From a candidate division WWE3 bacterium UBA1379 (GTDB lineage: Bacteria; Patescibacteriota; WWE3; UBA101185; UBA10185), in contig DBRB01000003.1 of assembly GCA_002305475.1 (NCBI GenBank), positions 111,844 to 175,843 on the forward strand: 64,000 nucleotides of DNA. The letters are read 5' to 3'. Positions 28,332 through 38,154 of this stretch are shown here, one piece after another. Position 1 is the stretch's first letter. Every line of letters starts with the position of its first letter. A model generated the notes under the pieces. The model did no database searches, had not been told where the DNA came from, and saw only the letters and a program-made list of their open reading frames with translations. The position numbers were made by a program, and so were the translations under genes.

Positions 28332-29344
28332 TTATTATTAATTACTGTGGGCTGTCCGTAATTTTCAATATAAACAGGTATCATTTCCTTTTCAATCATT
28401 CTAACTTTTTTACTATCAGTATTTTTCTCAAAGGAATATACTCCAATCACTCCCCTTTTTGTTTCTTCGGACCACATTTGATCGAAGACAAAATTACCGT
28501 GTGAATATTTGATATAAACATCCCGATAATATTCTTCTGATTGTTCCCAATGCGGATGATTGCCTATTATCAGATCTGCTCCGTTTTCTACAGCCAGACG
28601 CGCCAAATAGATCTGTTGAGCATTCGATTGGTTAGTATACTCTATACCCCAATGGAACGAAGCAACTACCAGATCAGCATTTTTATCTGCTTCCGATACC
28701 AATTTGGTAATTATACTTGGATCAGCAGGAGCTATCCCTTTTGGAGAGCTGCCTACTTCATTGAAACCTAAAAAAGCGATTTTAATTCCGTTTCTTTCTA
28801 TATATGTAGGTTGTTCTACACCTGTATACAAAATACCGTAAGAAGTGAGGATTTTTTTAGTTTCCTCTATTCCCTCAAGACCGTAGTTGCCTATATGATT
28901 ATTGGCTAGATTTGCCACGTCAATTCCTGCATAAACCAAACCTTCTGCGTTTTTTGCTTCTCCGCAGAATTTAAATCCTTCCACAGTAACTGGACAATTT
29001 TTTATCAACGGAGATTCAAGATTAATAAGAGTGATATCAGCACTGATGAGGATATCCTTTGTATAAAGAAATGGCCAATTGGGATTGCTGTTTTTTTGAA
29101 TTTGATAATTGACTGATCTAGATAAACCAACATCACCTGTAGCGATAATTTTTATTCTGTTGTTTTCTTTATTCTGCGAAGTACTGTTTTCATTACTGGG
29201 ATTTCTCTGAATCAGTAATGTAATATCTTGTTGTGTCAGCAAATAAAGAAATAGAAGAAAAGCAAGAATTGAACTGATGGACAGAATGAACAGTAATAGT
29301 TTTCTCATAACTTGATTATGCCATAAAAAACGGGACATTAGCAT
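28328..29344 (-). CDS. CapA/PGA_cap family metallophosphatase-like protein (poly-gamma-glutamate capsule synthesis-type), membrane anchored
   Basis: It carries the motifs IIATGDVGLSR, LANNHIGNYG, SFHWGIEY and GNHPHWEQ. The N-terminus is a TM anchor. Confidence 0.75.
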   Translation of the reverse strand: MLMSRFLWHNQVMRKLLLFILSISSILAFLLFLYLLTQQDITLLIQRNPSNENSTSQNKENNRIKIIATGDVGLSRSVNYQIQKNSNPNWPFLYTKDILISADITLINLESPLIKNCPVTVEGFKFCGEAKNAEGLVYAGIDVANLANNHIGNYGLEGIEETKKILTSYGILYTGVEQPTYIERNGIKIAFLGFNEVGSSPKGIAPADPSIITKLVSEADKNADLVVASFHWGIEYTNQSNAQQIYLARLAVENGADLIIGNHPHWEQSEEYYRDVYIKYSHGNFVFDQMWSEETKRGVIGVYSFEKNTDSKKVRMIEKEMIPVYIENYGQPTVINNN

Positions 29345-29367
29345 ATAGCCTTTGTCCCATATTCTGA

Positions 29368-29619
29368 CTACTGTTTCCGTAGTATTATGGTAGAGACTGC
29401 AGTAATGACATAGATTGCAATAGATATCCCCAAACCCCCCAAAACAATTAATATGTCAACTTGAAACGATTGTGTGGGTGAGATAGGAACCAGAGGATCA
29501 CCCTGGTATATAAAACCAAACTCAAAAAACATACTGATGCCGATCATCCCTGAAATAACAGAAATTAGGATCAGAAACAGATTTAACCGAACAGGAAGAT
29601 TTAAAATATCCCGTAACAT
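29368..29619 (-). CDS. small membrane protein (hypothetical, 2 TM)
   Basis: The 83-aa ORF has two hydrophobic helices. Confidence 0.35.
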   Translation of the reverse strand: MLRDILNLPVRLNLFLILISVISGMIGISMFFEFGFIYQGDPLVPISPTQSFQVDILIVLGGLGISIAIYVITAVSTIILRKQ

Positions 29620-29710
29620 ATTTCTCCTTTTTTCTATTATCTCTCTGAAATATTATCTGTATATTCTAAAGAGCATAATATAATAATAAATATTAGCAGA
29701 CAATTTTAAG

Positions 29711-30229
29711 CTATCTTTTTACAAAAAACCTCCATGGTACATCCTTATACTCATCTGCATAATCAATACCGATTCTTGGTGAAGTGCATATGTCAAAAGA
29801 TTGAGGATTTAGATTTTTAGTTATATATAAATAGTCACTTGTGGTTACGTCGATATTGTAATGCTCTTTTGTAATACCAAGAGCTCTTGTCAGCTTTCCC
29901 GGACCGTTTGTTTTATCATTAATGTTTTTTATCGGTACTATAGTTCTTATTAATACTCCAGCAGGGAATCCTTCTCTCTCTGTGGAAATATTTAACATGT
30001 AATACATTCCGTAGATCAGATAAATGTAGGTAAAACCACCGGAACCCCATAGAGGTGCACATGTTTCTTTTCTTCTGAATGATGCATGGCATGCTTTATC
30101 TTCTGTACCAATGTAGGCTTCAGTTTCCGTTATCATTCCCTCTTTGTCATAAAATACAAGTATTTTCCCCAAAAGTTCTCGGGCAACACTCAGGGTATCT
30201 CTTTCAAAAAAATCTCTGGTCAGTTTCAT
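29711..30229 (-). CDS. DNA-3-methyladenine glycosylase (Mpg/AAG family)
   Basis: The motifs MKLTRDFFERDTLSVARELLGKIL...ITETEAYIGTEDKACHA match the AAG-family pattern, and the 172-aa length fits. Confidence 0.8.
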   Translation of the reverse strand: MKLTRDFFERDTLSVARELLGKILVFYDKEGMITETEAYIGTEDKACHASFRRKETCAPLWGSGGFTYIYLIYGMYYMLNISTEREGFPAGVLIRTIVPIKNINDKTNGPGKLTRALGITKEHYNIDVTTSDYLYITKNLNPQSFDICTSPRIGIDYADEYKDVPWRFFVKR

Positions 30230-30309
30230 AGACGTATTGTACCTGATACAAATAATTCTATCTGTTCTATATTATTGGTTATACGGGGTATTTTGTGTAT
30301 CATTAAAAT

Positions 30310-30732
30310 ATGAATTGGGTATTTTATGCTCTTTTATCTGCGCTTTTTGCCGCATTAACTGCTATTCTTGCCAAGGTAGGCGTAAAAGATGTCAATTCCA
30401 ATCTGGCTACAGCTATTAGGACTATTGTTATTCTTATATTTGCCTGGGCGATTGTATTTTTTCAGCAGACTCATAAACAACTTCCAAATATAAATAAAAC
30501 ATCCCTTGCTTTTTTGCTGGCATCCGGTCTAACTACAGCTGCATCCTGGATATTTTACTTTAGAGCGTTGCAGCTTGGTGATGCATCAAAGGTTGCCCCT
30601 GTGGATAAAATGAGTTTAATATTTACCATACTATTAGCATTAGTATTTCTTCATGAAAAATTAACTCTTAGTGTATTTATCGGTGCCGTACTCATGACCG
30701 CAGGAGTTTTAGTTATTACGATTATTAAATAA
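30310..30732 (+). CDS. EamA-like (DMT superfamily) small transporter
   Basis: The 140-aa protein has 4 TM helices and an EamA-type motif, ILAKVGVKDVNSNLATAIRT. Confidence 0.65.
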   Translation: MNWVFYALLSALFAALTAILAKVGVKDVNSNLATAIRTIVILIFAWAIVFFQQTHKQLPNINKTSLAFLLASGLTTAASWIFYFRALQLGDASKVAPVDKMSLIFTILLALVFLHEKLTLSVFIGAVLMTAGVLVITIIK

Positions 30733-30817
30733 ATTTTTCTTCTTTTTTACTCCAACCCTGGTTTGACCTATAACAATTTTAACAGTATAATAACAAAGTC
30801 GCCTGCCAGCCTTTTTT

Positions 30818-31498
30818 ATGGCCTTAGAAACCTTATTTGCGTCTCTTTTAGCGGCTTCCCTGGCGGTAAATCCCGTAACCAGCGATAGCCCGGAGCTTGC
30901 CCCGCAGGACAATTCCATATACTACGATCAAAGATTCATATACAAAAATGAGTCTACTATTGTATTGAATGTGCCATATGTTCATCAGATTGATGACTTA
31001 CCGGAAGATAAAAAGGATTTAATCAGAAATACGGCTTGTGGTCCGTCTGCTTTGGCAATGGTTTTAAACTATGTCGGACATGATTACAGTCTGTGGGACG
31101 TTATATCCACCGTACCTGATTCAGTATATGTAAAAGGAAAAATGTATTATGCCCTGCAGGAAGGTCCGAAATATTTTGGTGAAGAAGCTACAGAGTTTGA
31201 ATATTCTCAGGCAGCATTATTTGATAAGTTAAGTCAGGGACTTCCCGTAGTATTAAACGTGCAGAATTATGATGGAATAACCGGTCATGCTCTGGTTGTA
31301 GTTGGTATGAGAAACTTTGATGGTGAAAATGCTGATTCTTTGATTGTGCATGATCCGTTCAGAGAAGGTTACCGGGAATTTAAATATTTAAACCCAATGG
31401 TATTAGAACAGCCCGAGGGTTATGATAACTATATCGGTCATCGTGACCCCTTCTATGTCGCAAAGAAAGAAGTCTTGGCATCCGGACACGTTGATTAA
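30818..31498 (+). CDS. secreted peptidase C39-like (papain-fold) domain protein
   Basis: It has a signal-like N-terminus. The motif NTACGPSALAMVLNYVG matches the catalytic-Cys region of C39-like peptidases, and a downstream His is present (GHALVVVG). Confidence 0.6.
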   Translation: MALETLFASLLAASLAVNPVTSDSPELAPQDNSIYYDQRFIYKNESTIVLNVPYVHQIDDLPEDKKDLIRNTACGPSALAMVLNYVGHDYSLWDVISTVPDSVYVKGKMYYALQEGPKYFGEEATEFEYSQAALFDKLSQGLPVVLNVQNYDGITGHALVVVGMRNFDGENADSLIVHDPFREGYREFKYLNPMVLEQPEGYDNYIGHRDPFYVAKKEVLASGHVD

Positions 31499-31597
31499 AG
31501 TTGTTCCTCGTCTTTAATATGAGGAAACTTCAGAATTAAGATTAATTTTTCATTTTTTGTCTGTTTGCTATTCTGTTTTTCCTGCTTCTTATGTGAT

Positions 31598-31807
31598 TTA
31601 GACCTTACCTCCCGTAATCTTTTCAACAGCAATTTTAGTAGCCTGATTAGTTATATCAAGCACTAAAACTAAATACTTTTTACCCTTCATTCCGAACACG
31701 GCATACGATCCGTTTTCGTCCGTCAGGCTCATACTATTTGGAATATGGGTATCTGCGGGTTGATTTTGTAACAATATTTCTTTTAAGGAGATTGGTTCCC
31801 ATTCCAT
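31598..31807 (-). CDS. hypothetical small protein
   Basis: The 69-aa ORF shows a weak resemblance to a carboxypeptidase-regulatory-like beta-sandwich fragment. It may not be a real gene. Confidence 0.3.
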   Translation of the reverse strand: MEWEPISLKEILLQNQPADTHIPNSMSLTDENGSYAVFGMKGKKYLVLVLDITNQATKIAVEKITGGKV

Positions 31808-31952
31808 TAATGATAATTTAATAGACGTGTTTTATCCTGCGATTAAGGTAGTGTAAATGTCGTGTAATATAAAATCCTGATTTAATAAGATATTTACTTT
31901 TTTTCGAAAAATCATATTGAATTCGGGTATTATTTGGTAGTATAGTAATTAC

Positions 31953-33158
31953 ATGGCTATAGAAAATATTCCTCTTCCTGAATTACTCAGACCAAAAACC
32001 CTTGATGAGTTTTTAGGACAGGAGCATTTAGTCGGACCGCAGGGTCCGATAAGAAAACTGCTAGAAAACAGAACTATCAACTCAATGATTTTTTGGGGTT
32101 CTCCCGGTGTAGGAAAGACAACTCTGGCAAGAATTATCGCTTCTGAATTAAAAGCAAACTTTATAGAGATATCCCCGACCGTTTCTGGTGTGAAAGACAT
32201 TAAAATGGCGGTTGATAATGCAAAAAAGGAATTCTTCGGAGAAAAAACTCTGACTGTACTCTTTGTAGATGAAATCCACAGATTTAATAAAGCACAGCAG
32301 GATTATCTGCTTCCTCACGTGGAAAACGGTACGCTTATTCTTATAGGTGCAACTACCGAAAACCCATCCTTTGAAGTTGTGGCACCTCTTCTTTCCAGAA
32401 CCAGGGTATATAAATTTACACCTGTTAGTGCTAAGGATATGGAGTTGATGCTTCATAAAGCAATGGACTTTCTCAAAAACAAAGGAGTTGTTCTTAATAT
32501 TTCTTACGAAATAAAGGAGTTTTTAATTCAGCTATCAAACGGTGATGTGAGAAATCTTTTAAACTCCCTGGATACTTTAACCCGGGCTGGACTATCATCT
32601 AAACATTCGGATGAAATCAAACTTGAACAAGTTAAAAATATCCTACAACAAAATCCAAATCGATATGATAAAAAAGGTGATGAACACTACGACACCATAA
32701 GCGCATATATTAAAAGTATGCGTGCTTCCCAACCTGATGCTGCACTGTATTATCTGGCACGAATGGTGGATGCGGGTGAAGATCCGAAATTTATAGCCAG
32801 AAGGATGGTGGTATTTGCTTCCGAAGATGTAGGTATTGCAGATCCTACGGCTCTTCAGGTTGCTATCAGTGTTTTTAAAACCTGTGAAGTGATCGGATAT
32901 CCAGAATGTCAGTTTAATCTGGCACACGGTACTGTATATATGTGCAAAGCTCCAAAGAACCGTTCATCATATGATGCCTATTTTTCAGCTTTAGAAGATG
33001 TAAAAAAATTCGGTAATCTTCCGATCCCGTTAGATATAAGAAATGCTCCGACAAAACTAATGAAGGAATTTGGATACGGTAAGGGATATCAGGCATATCC
33101 AGATAAAGATGTATCTTATCTTCCGGATAAATTAAAAGGTAAGAAGTACTTACGCTGA
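31953..33158 (+). CDS. rarA: replication-associated recombination protein A (AAA+ ATPase)
   Basis: It has the Walker A motif GSPGVGKTTLARIIA, the Walker B motif LFVDEIHRFNK, and the MgsA C-terminal region YLARMVDAGEDP...RRMVVFASEDVG. Confidence 0.9.
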   Translation: MAIENIPLPELLRPKTLDEFLGQEHLVGPQGPIRKLLENRTINSMIFWGSPGVGKTTLARIIASELKANFIEISPTVSGVKDIKMAVDNAKKEFFGEKTLTVLFVDEIHRFNKAQQDYLLPHVENGTLILIGATTENPSFEVVAPLLSRTRVYKFTPVSAKDMELMLHKAMDFLKNKGVVLNISYEIKEFLIQLSNGDVRNLLNSLDTLTRAGLSSKHSDEIKLEQVKNILQQNPNRYDKKGDEHYDTISAYIKSMRASQPDAALYYLARMVDAGEDPKFIARRMVVFASEDVGIADPTALQVAISVFKTCEVIGYPECQFNLAHGTVYMCKAPKNRSSYDAYFSALEDVKKFGNLPIPLDIRNAPTKLMKEFGYGKGYQAYPDKDVSYLPDKLKGKKYLR

Positions 33159-33518
33159 TTCCTTTTTAAAATACTTTCTTAGGATTTTCAGATTTTTGGT
33201 ATTTGATCTGAAAAATATATCACCGATATCCCCTAATACCGGTACGCTTCCGATGGCAAAATCAAATATAATATTCAAAAACATTCTGTACAAATCTTTC
33301 TGGGGAAGTTCCATTCTTATTCCTATACTGAATATATACAGTGAAAGAATCAAGGCAATAAGATCTCCGATACCCGGAACCAGACCAAGAATAGGATCCA
33401 AACCAAAACTTACTCCTCCTATCTTGAACTGATTTTCCAATAAATCCGTCAGGAACTCCGCACGTCTGTATTCTTCCTGAAAGTCGCGAACTGGTGGTAA
33501 TTTGTTAATTCTGTTCAT
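33150..33518 (-). CDS. DUF4112-like small membrane protein
   Basis: The motif GLDPILGLVPGIGDLIALILSLYI is duplicated in a second half, VPVLGDIGDIFFRSN. Confidence 0.5.
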   Translation of the reverse strand: MNRINKLPPVRDFQEEYRRAEFLTDLLENQFKIGGVSFGLDPILGLVPGIGDLIALILSLYIFSIGIRMELPQKDLYRMFLNIIFDFAIGSVPVLGDIGDIFFRSNTKNLKILRKYFKKESA

Positions 33519-33709
33519 ATCCTCACCTTACTAAAATATTGAAGTAATATCAAACAATATTGATATAAGTTAACCTACCTTTAACTTATCTCTAATTTCC
33601 ATATCAAACTATAAACATATTCTTCCAAGTAATTGTAATAAGATTGCTTTCCTAAAAAAGAAGCACATCAATATTTATATTGATTATAAATTTCATGGAG
33701 AACAATTAA

Positions 33710-34966
33710 ATGATTAATACCCTTTCGAATAAAAAGGTAATACTAATAATGAGCTTTTTGTCCCTGCTTTTAATCTCTTTTGGTGTTTTTATCATTCTCA
33801 GGGATAAATATCTTGCGGACAAAATCGGTTCCACCGTAAAACAGATGCCTGATACGATTCAGGAGAACCTGGATAAAAGCGTTTTTACCGAGCGATACCC
33901 TTATGCTACTTTGGAAAATACCTGGATAGCATATAAAGAAAATGACATACAAAATGACGGAAGAACTGTAGATAAGTCTGCAAATTTGCTTACCACATCC
34001 GAAGGGCAGTCGTATTCATTATTAAGAGCAGTATGGGTTGATGATAAAGCAACATTTGACGAAGTATTAACCTGGACTAAAAATAATTTGCAAAAAAGAC
34101 CCAATGATAATCTATTATCCTGGAAATGGGGTCAGAGAAGTGATGGCTCCTGGGGTGTCCTGGAAGAAGATGGCGGTTTAAACACGGCCAGTGATGCTGA
34201 TTTGGATATTGCACTGGCATTAATCTTAGCCAGTGAGAGATGGAATGATGACTACTATATGAGTGAAGCACGAAAAATTCTCACGGATGTTTGGATGGTG
34301 GAGGTGATAGAGATCCAGGGTAGACCTTATCTGACTGCCGGGAATTGGGCTAAGCTTGAAGAGAACCCTGCCATTAATCCCTCATATTTTAATCTTGCAG
34401 GCTACCCTCTTTTTGCTGGAGTTGACCCTGTTCATGACTGGATGGCATTAAAAGATACATCTTATGAAATATTAAACTCATCCACAGATATGTTACCTCC
34501 TGATTGGATACGCATTAACAGGAATACCGGTGAGCTTATTCCTGATGCGGAAGTAAATGGAAACAGTGAAAAATTTTCCGATGATGCAGTTAGAATTCCT
34601 TGGAGAGTAGGTCTGGATTGGGAATGGCATAAAGATCCAAGGGCCGAGCAGTATATGAAGAAACTGGATGCCATTAATGAACTATGGAGTCAGCACCGAG
34701 CAATCTTTCGTGAATACAAAACAGACGGAACTCCCTTATCAAATAATGAAACACTGAGTACATATGGTGCGGTACTCCCCTATTTTGTTGTTCGTAACCC
34801 ACAAGCAGCTTCAGAAATTTTCAGAAATAAACTGGCTAAAAACTACAATGTGGATCAGCTGGATTTTTCCGGTGATGCAAATTATTACTCAAAAAACTGG
34901 GCTTGGTTTGGTATGGCATTTTATCAGGACTTTTTAAAAAATTACTATGAGGAGGATACTAATTGA
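33710..34966 (+). CDS. glycoside hydrolase family 8 endo-beta-1,4-glucanase (BcsZ-like), N-terminal TM/signal anchor
   Basis: The sequence ASDADLDIALALILASERW is a perfect match to the GH8 active-site signature A-[ST]-D-[AG]-D-x2-[IM]-A-x-[SA]-[LIVM]-[LIVMG]-x-A-x3-[FW]. The motif TTSEGQSYSLLRA is also present. Confidence 0.8.
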   Translation: MINTLSNKKVILIMSFLSLLLISFGVFIILRDKYLADKIGSTVKQMPDTIQENLDKSVFTERYPYATLENTWIAYKENDIQNDGRTVDKSANLLTTSEGQSYSLLRAVWVDDKATFDEVLTWTKNNLQKRPNDNLLSWKWGQRSDGSWGVLEEDGGLNTASDADLDIALALILASERWNDDYYMSEARKILTDVWMVEVIEIQGRPYLTAGNWAKLEENPAINPSYFNLAGYPLFAGVDPVHDWMALKDTSYEILNSSTDMLPPDWIRINRNTGELIPDAEVNGNSEKFSDDAVRIPWRVGLDWEWHKDPRAEQYMKKLDAINELWSQHRAIFREYKTDGTPLSNNETLSTYGAVLPYFVVRNPQAASEIFRNKLAKNYNVDQLDFSGDANYYSKNWAWFGMAFYQDFLKNYYEEDTN

Positions 34967-36564
34967 TGACAAACACAGAGCCGATCAAATTAAACAATAG
35001 AGGAAAGATCGGAACATTTACCCTGTCCGTAATCAGCATATTCACAATCGGATATTTTACATGGTGGCTGAACCTTAATCATGCAGGGCATCCGGTATTA
35101 TATGCCCTGCTTTTTGTTGGTGAAGTATTTCACGTCTGGCAGGCTCTCGGATATATTTTTACCGTCTGGTCCCAAAAGGAAGTGGTTTCACCAAAGATTA
35201 CAAAGTATTACCCCGTTGATATATTTATAACGGTGTGTGGAGAACCTGCTGAGATAGTTGAAAAGACAATTCAGGGAGCATTATCCATCGATTATCCGAA
35301 TTTTAAAGTATATATATTAAATGACGGAAAAGGAGCGGGTAAACATAACTGGAGAGAAATTGATGAATTGGCATTAAGATACGGAGTTATCCCGATCACA
35401 AGAGAGCGAAATGGAGGTTTTAAAGCCGGTAATCTGAATAATGCCCTCCGACAAACAAAAGGAGAATTTTTTGCTGTATTTGATGCCGATCAGATACCCG
35501 AGAAGAATTTCCTCACAAAGACCATCGGATTTTTTAAAGATCCACTGATGGCATTGGTACAGACTCCTCAGTATTATGCTAATAAAGATGAGAATTCTCT
35601 TACCAAAGCTGCCTGGGAACAGCAAGAGCTATTTTTCGGACCGATTTGTGTGGGGAAAAACAGATACAATGCTACATTATGGTGTGGTACAAATGCGGTA
35701 GTGAGAAAAAATGCCATCTATTCCATAGGCGGTGTGCCGGAACATAATATTGCCGAAGATTTTTTGGCCAGTCTTTTTCTTCATGAAAAAGGTTGGAAGA
35801 GCATCTATGTTCCAGAAATACTTGCCAAGGGTCTGGCTCCACACAATCTGAGTGACTATGTTAATCAGCAGTTTAGATGGGCTAGAGGTTCTTTGGAAGT
35901 GATATTTAAATACAATCCCCTTTTTCGAAAAGGCTTATCATGGGCTCAGAAAATACAGTATCTCTATTCATCCGGTTATTATCTTAACGGATTGATTGTC
36001 ATTATTGATGCAGTAATTCCTCTTGCGGCATTGACATTTAATGTGCTTCCTGTGAATGCTTCCACCAGTGATTTTATGATTTACTTTTTCCCGTTTATTT
36101 TCTCAACAATTTATCTTCTGATGATGTCTACCAGAAATCAGATTACATTTAATGCTATACAGCTGTCTATGAGTTCATTCTTTGTTTTTTTTATTGCCAC
36201 TTTGTCTACGGCTTTTGGAATAAAAGCAGCATTTAAAGTCACTAATAAATCCAAAGAAACCGGTAATTTCTTAAATCTGGTAATTCCCCATGCTTTATAT
36301 ACGATAGCGGCCATAATTTCAATTGTGGTAGCGGTGATTAGGGATGGAATAGTACCATCAGTAGTAACAAATGCGGCGTGGGCAGTTTTTAATATCACAT
36401 TCTTTTCGGCGTTTTTTAAAGTGGCATATCCCTGGGATGAATTATGGAGTAGGGTAACATCTCTGTTTCATTCCGAAAAAGAGGATGTGGTATCTCCTAG
36501 TACAAAGCTGGCATATACATTTGTCGAAGCAGCAAGGGATCCAGAATTTGATTTTGAGGAATAA
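34963..36564 (+). CDS. processive GT2 beta-glycan synthase, cellulose-synthase (BcsA)-like, lacking a PilZ domain
   Basis: It has the motifs DGKG, FDADQIP (DxD), NIAEDF (TED-like) and QQFRWARG (QxxRW), with 2 N-terminal and at least 4 C-terminal TMs. At 533 aa it has no C-terminal PilZ (no RxxxR/DxSxxG). Its start overlaps the GH8 stop (ATGA). Confidence 0.8.
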   Translation: MMTNTEPIKLNNRGKIGTFTLSVISIFTIGYFTWWLNLNHAGHPVLYALLFVGEVFHVWQALGYIFTVWSQKEVVSPKITKYYPVDIFITVCGEPAEIVEKTIQGALSIDYPNFKVYILNDGKGAGKHNWREIDELALRYGVIPITRERNGGFKAGNLNNALRQTKGEFFAVFDADQIPEKNFLTKTIGFFKDPLMALVQTPQYYANKDENSLTKAAWEQQELFFGPICVGKNRYNATLWCGTNAVVRKNAIYSIGGVPEHNIAEDFLASLFLHEKGWKSIYVPEILAKGLAPHNLSDYVNQQFRWARGSLEVIFKYNPLFRKGLSWAQKIQYLYSSGYYLNGLIVIIDAVIPLAALTFNVLPVNASTSDFMIYFFPFIFSTIYLLMMSTRNQITFNAIQLSMSSFFVFFIATLSTAFGIKAAFKVTNKSKETGNFLNLVIPHALYTIAAIISIVVAVIRDGIVPSVVTNAAWAVFNITFFSAFFKVAYPWDELWSRVTSLFHSEKEDVVSPSTKLAYTFVEAARDPEFDFEE

Positions 36565-36567
36565 TAT

Positions 36568-38148
36568 ATGCACACAACAAAACTGACCACTATCAATAAA
36601 TACTCCTCATATTTTTTCAATGCCGTAGTATTATCTGCTATTGCAATAGGCGCCGCTCTTCGTTTATACGGGTTGGGACAAGAAAGTATGAGACTTGATG
36701 AAGCACAGAGTGTGTGGCAGGCTTCTCATTCCATTAATTTTATTAAAAGTTATATGGTTCAGAATATTCATCTTCCTTTGCACAATGTTTTATTACACTG
36801 GTGGATGAAGTTTGTAGGGACGGAGGAAGTATCAGTTAGATTGATGTCAGCCATACCTGGCATATTATCCCTACCTGCATTATATCTTTTAGCTTGGGAA
36901 ATATTTCAGGATAAAAAGAAGGCATTAATTACTCTTCTGATAGCCGCTATTTCACCTTTCTGGATCTGGTACAGCAGGGAAATCCGAATGTATACCTTAC
37001 TGACATTGGTCAGTTCTTTGTCTTATTACTTTTATCTTAGGATTCTAAAAGAAAACAGACCTGTTCTTTTTACTTTCTTTATTGCTGTTAATGTTCTTGG
37101 CATCTATACACACTACTTTTTTAATTTTGTTTTATTGATTCAGGCTTTATTTTTTATAATCGCAAAAAGACAGATGTGGTTTAGGAAGGTTAAATATAAC
37201 GCAAAAGAGCTTTTTATAAGGTTTACTTTATCCGCTGCTGTTGTATATTTAGTGTTTCTACCTTGGGTATTGTATTTCATTGTAAACCATGCACAGGGAG
37301 GTAGTTTTGCACCGGAATTGGAAAAACCCAGCAGTTTTAACGTCGTTCTCAGCTTTTTTGAATTTGCTTTGGGATATCAGCCGGAAAATCTAACTGCGGC
37401 GATTATTGCCTTATGGCCTTTGAGTGTTTTGATCGGATTTATATTTCTGACAAAAAGAAAAAACCCACTAACACCTGGTGTCTATCTGGCATTTTTCGGA
37501 ACTGTTGTACCGGTGGTACTTGTATACCTGATAAGTATTTTTATCAGTCCGATCTATCTTACTCGATATCTGATACATACTACTCCTCTTTTTATGGTGG
37601 CAGTTGCTTGGTTATTAACTGAAATGCAAGGCTCAATACGACAGCTATCAATGGGTGTGTTTTTCGTAATAATAATGCTTGCTTTGTATAACCAGAAAAA
37701 AAATCCCGAAAATCCAGCTCGGGAGAACTATCGGGATGCTGTTGCCTATGTTAATAGTGTGGCTACGGATCGGGATGTCATTGTCGTCAGTCCTCCGTAT
37801 ACTCTGTATCCGGTTTACTACTATTATGATCTTCCAAATAAAGTTGTATCCATGCCTATTTGGGATAAAAGAGAGTTAAGTCTTCCTCCACTTACTCCTC
37901 AGAATCTGGAAACGGATTCAACATTAATTCAGGAGGGACACAGAAGAATATTTTTAATCACTACTTTAAATCTGGCCGGGGGGTATGATGTGGAAAGATA
38001 TCTGGATCTTAACTACACCCGTCTTGATAAAAAACAATTTTCCAAATTTGTCTGGGTAGAAACATATCAGGCTGAATATCCGGATTTGGCGGAAGAAACT
38101 AATACATCTGGAACAGAAGAGATTGTGTCTCAAATTAACGCGGAGTAG
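36568..38148 (+). CDS. GT-C glycosyltransferase, ArnT/PMT_2-like
   Basis: The motif LGQESMRLDEAQSVWQASH...LPLHNVLLHWWMKFVGTEEVSVRLMSAIPGILSLPALYLLAWEIF matches the PMT_2/ArnT pattern well. Confidence 0.65.
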   Translation: MHTTKLTTINKYSSYFFNAVVLSAIAIGAALRLYGLGQESMRLDEAQSVWQASHSINFIKSYMVQNIHLPLHNVLLHWWMKFVGTEEVSVRLMSAIPGILSLPALYLLAWEIFQDKKKALITLLIAAISPFWIWYSREIRMYTLLTLVSSLSYYFYLRILKENRPVLFTFFIAVNVLGIYTHYFFNFVLLIQALFFIIAKRQMWFRKVKYNAKELFIRFTLSAAVVYLVFLPWVLYFIVNHAQGGSFAPELEKPSSFNVVLSFFEFALGYQPENLTAAIIALWPLSVLIGFIFLTKRKNPLTPGVYLAFFGTVVPVVLVYLISIFISPIYLTRYLIHTTPLFMVAVAWLLTEMQGSIRQLSMGVFFVIIMLALYNQKKNPENPARENYRDAVAYVNSVATDRDVIVVSPPYTLYPVYYYYDLPNKVVSMPIWDKRELSLPPLTPQNLETDSTLIQEGHRRIFLITTLNLAGGYDVERYLDLNYTRLDKKQFSKFVWVETYQAEYPDLAEETNTSGTEEIVSQINAE

Positions 38149-38154
38149 GAATAT

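Noticed and set aside
34963-36564. PilZ c-di-GMP-binding domain at the C-terminus of the BcsA-like synthase
   Set aside because: The protein ends about 60 aa after the last TM. There is no RxxxR...D/NxSxxG motif, so c-di-GMP regulation of the BcsA type is not supported.
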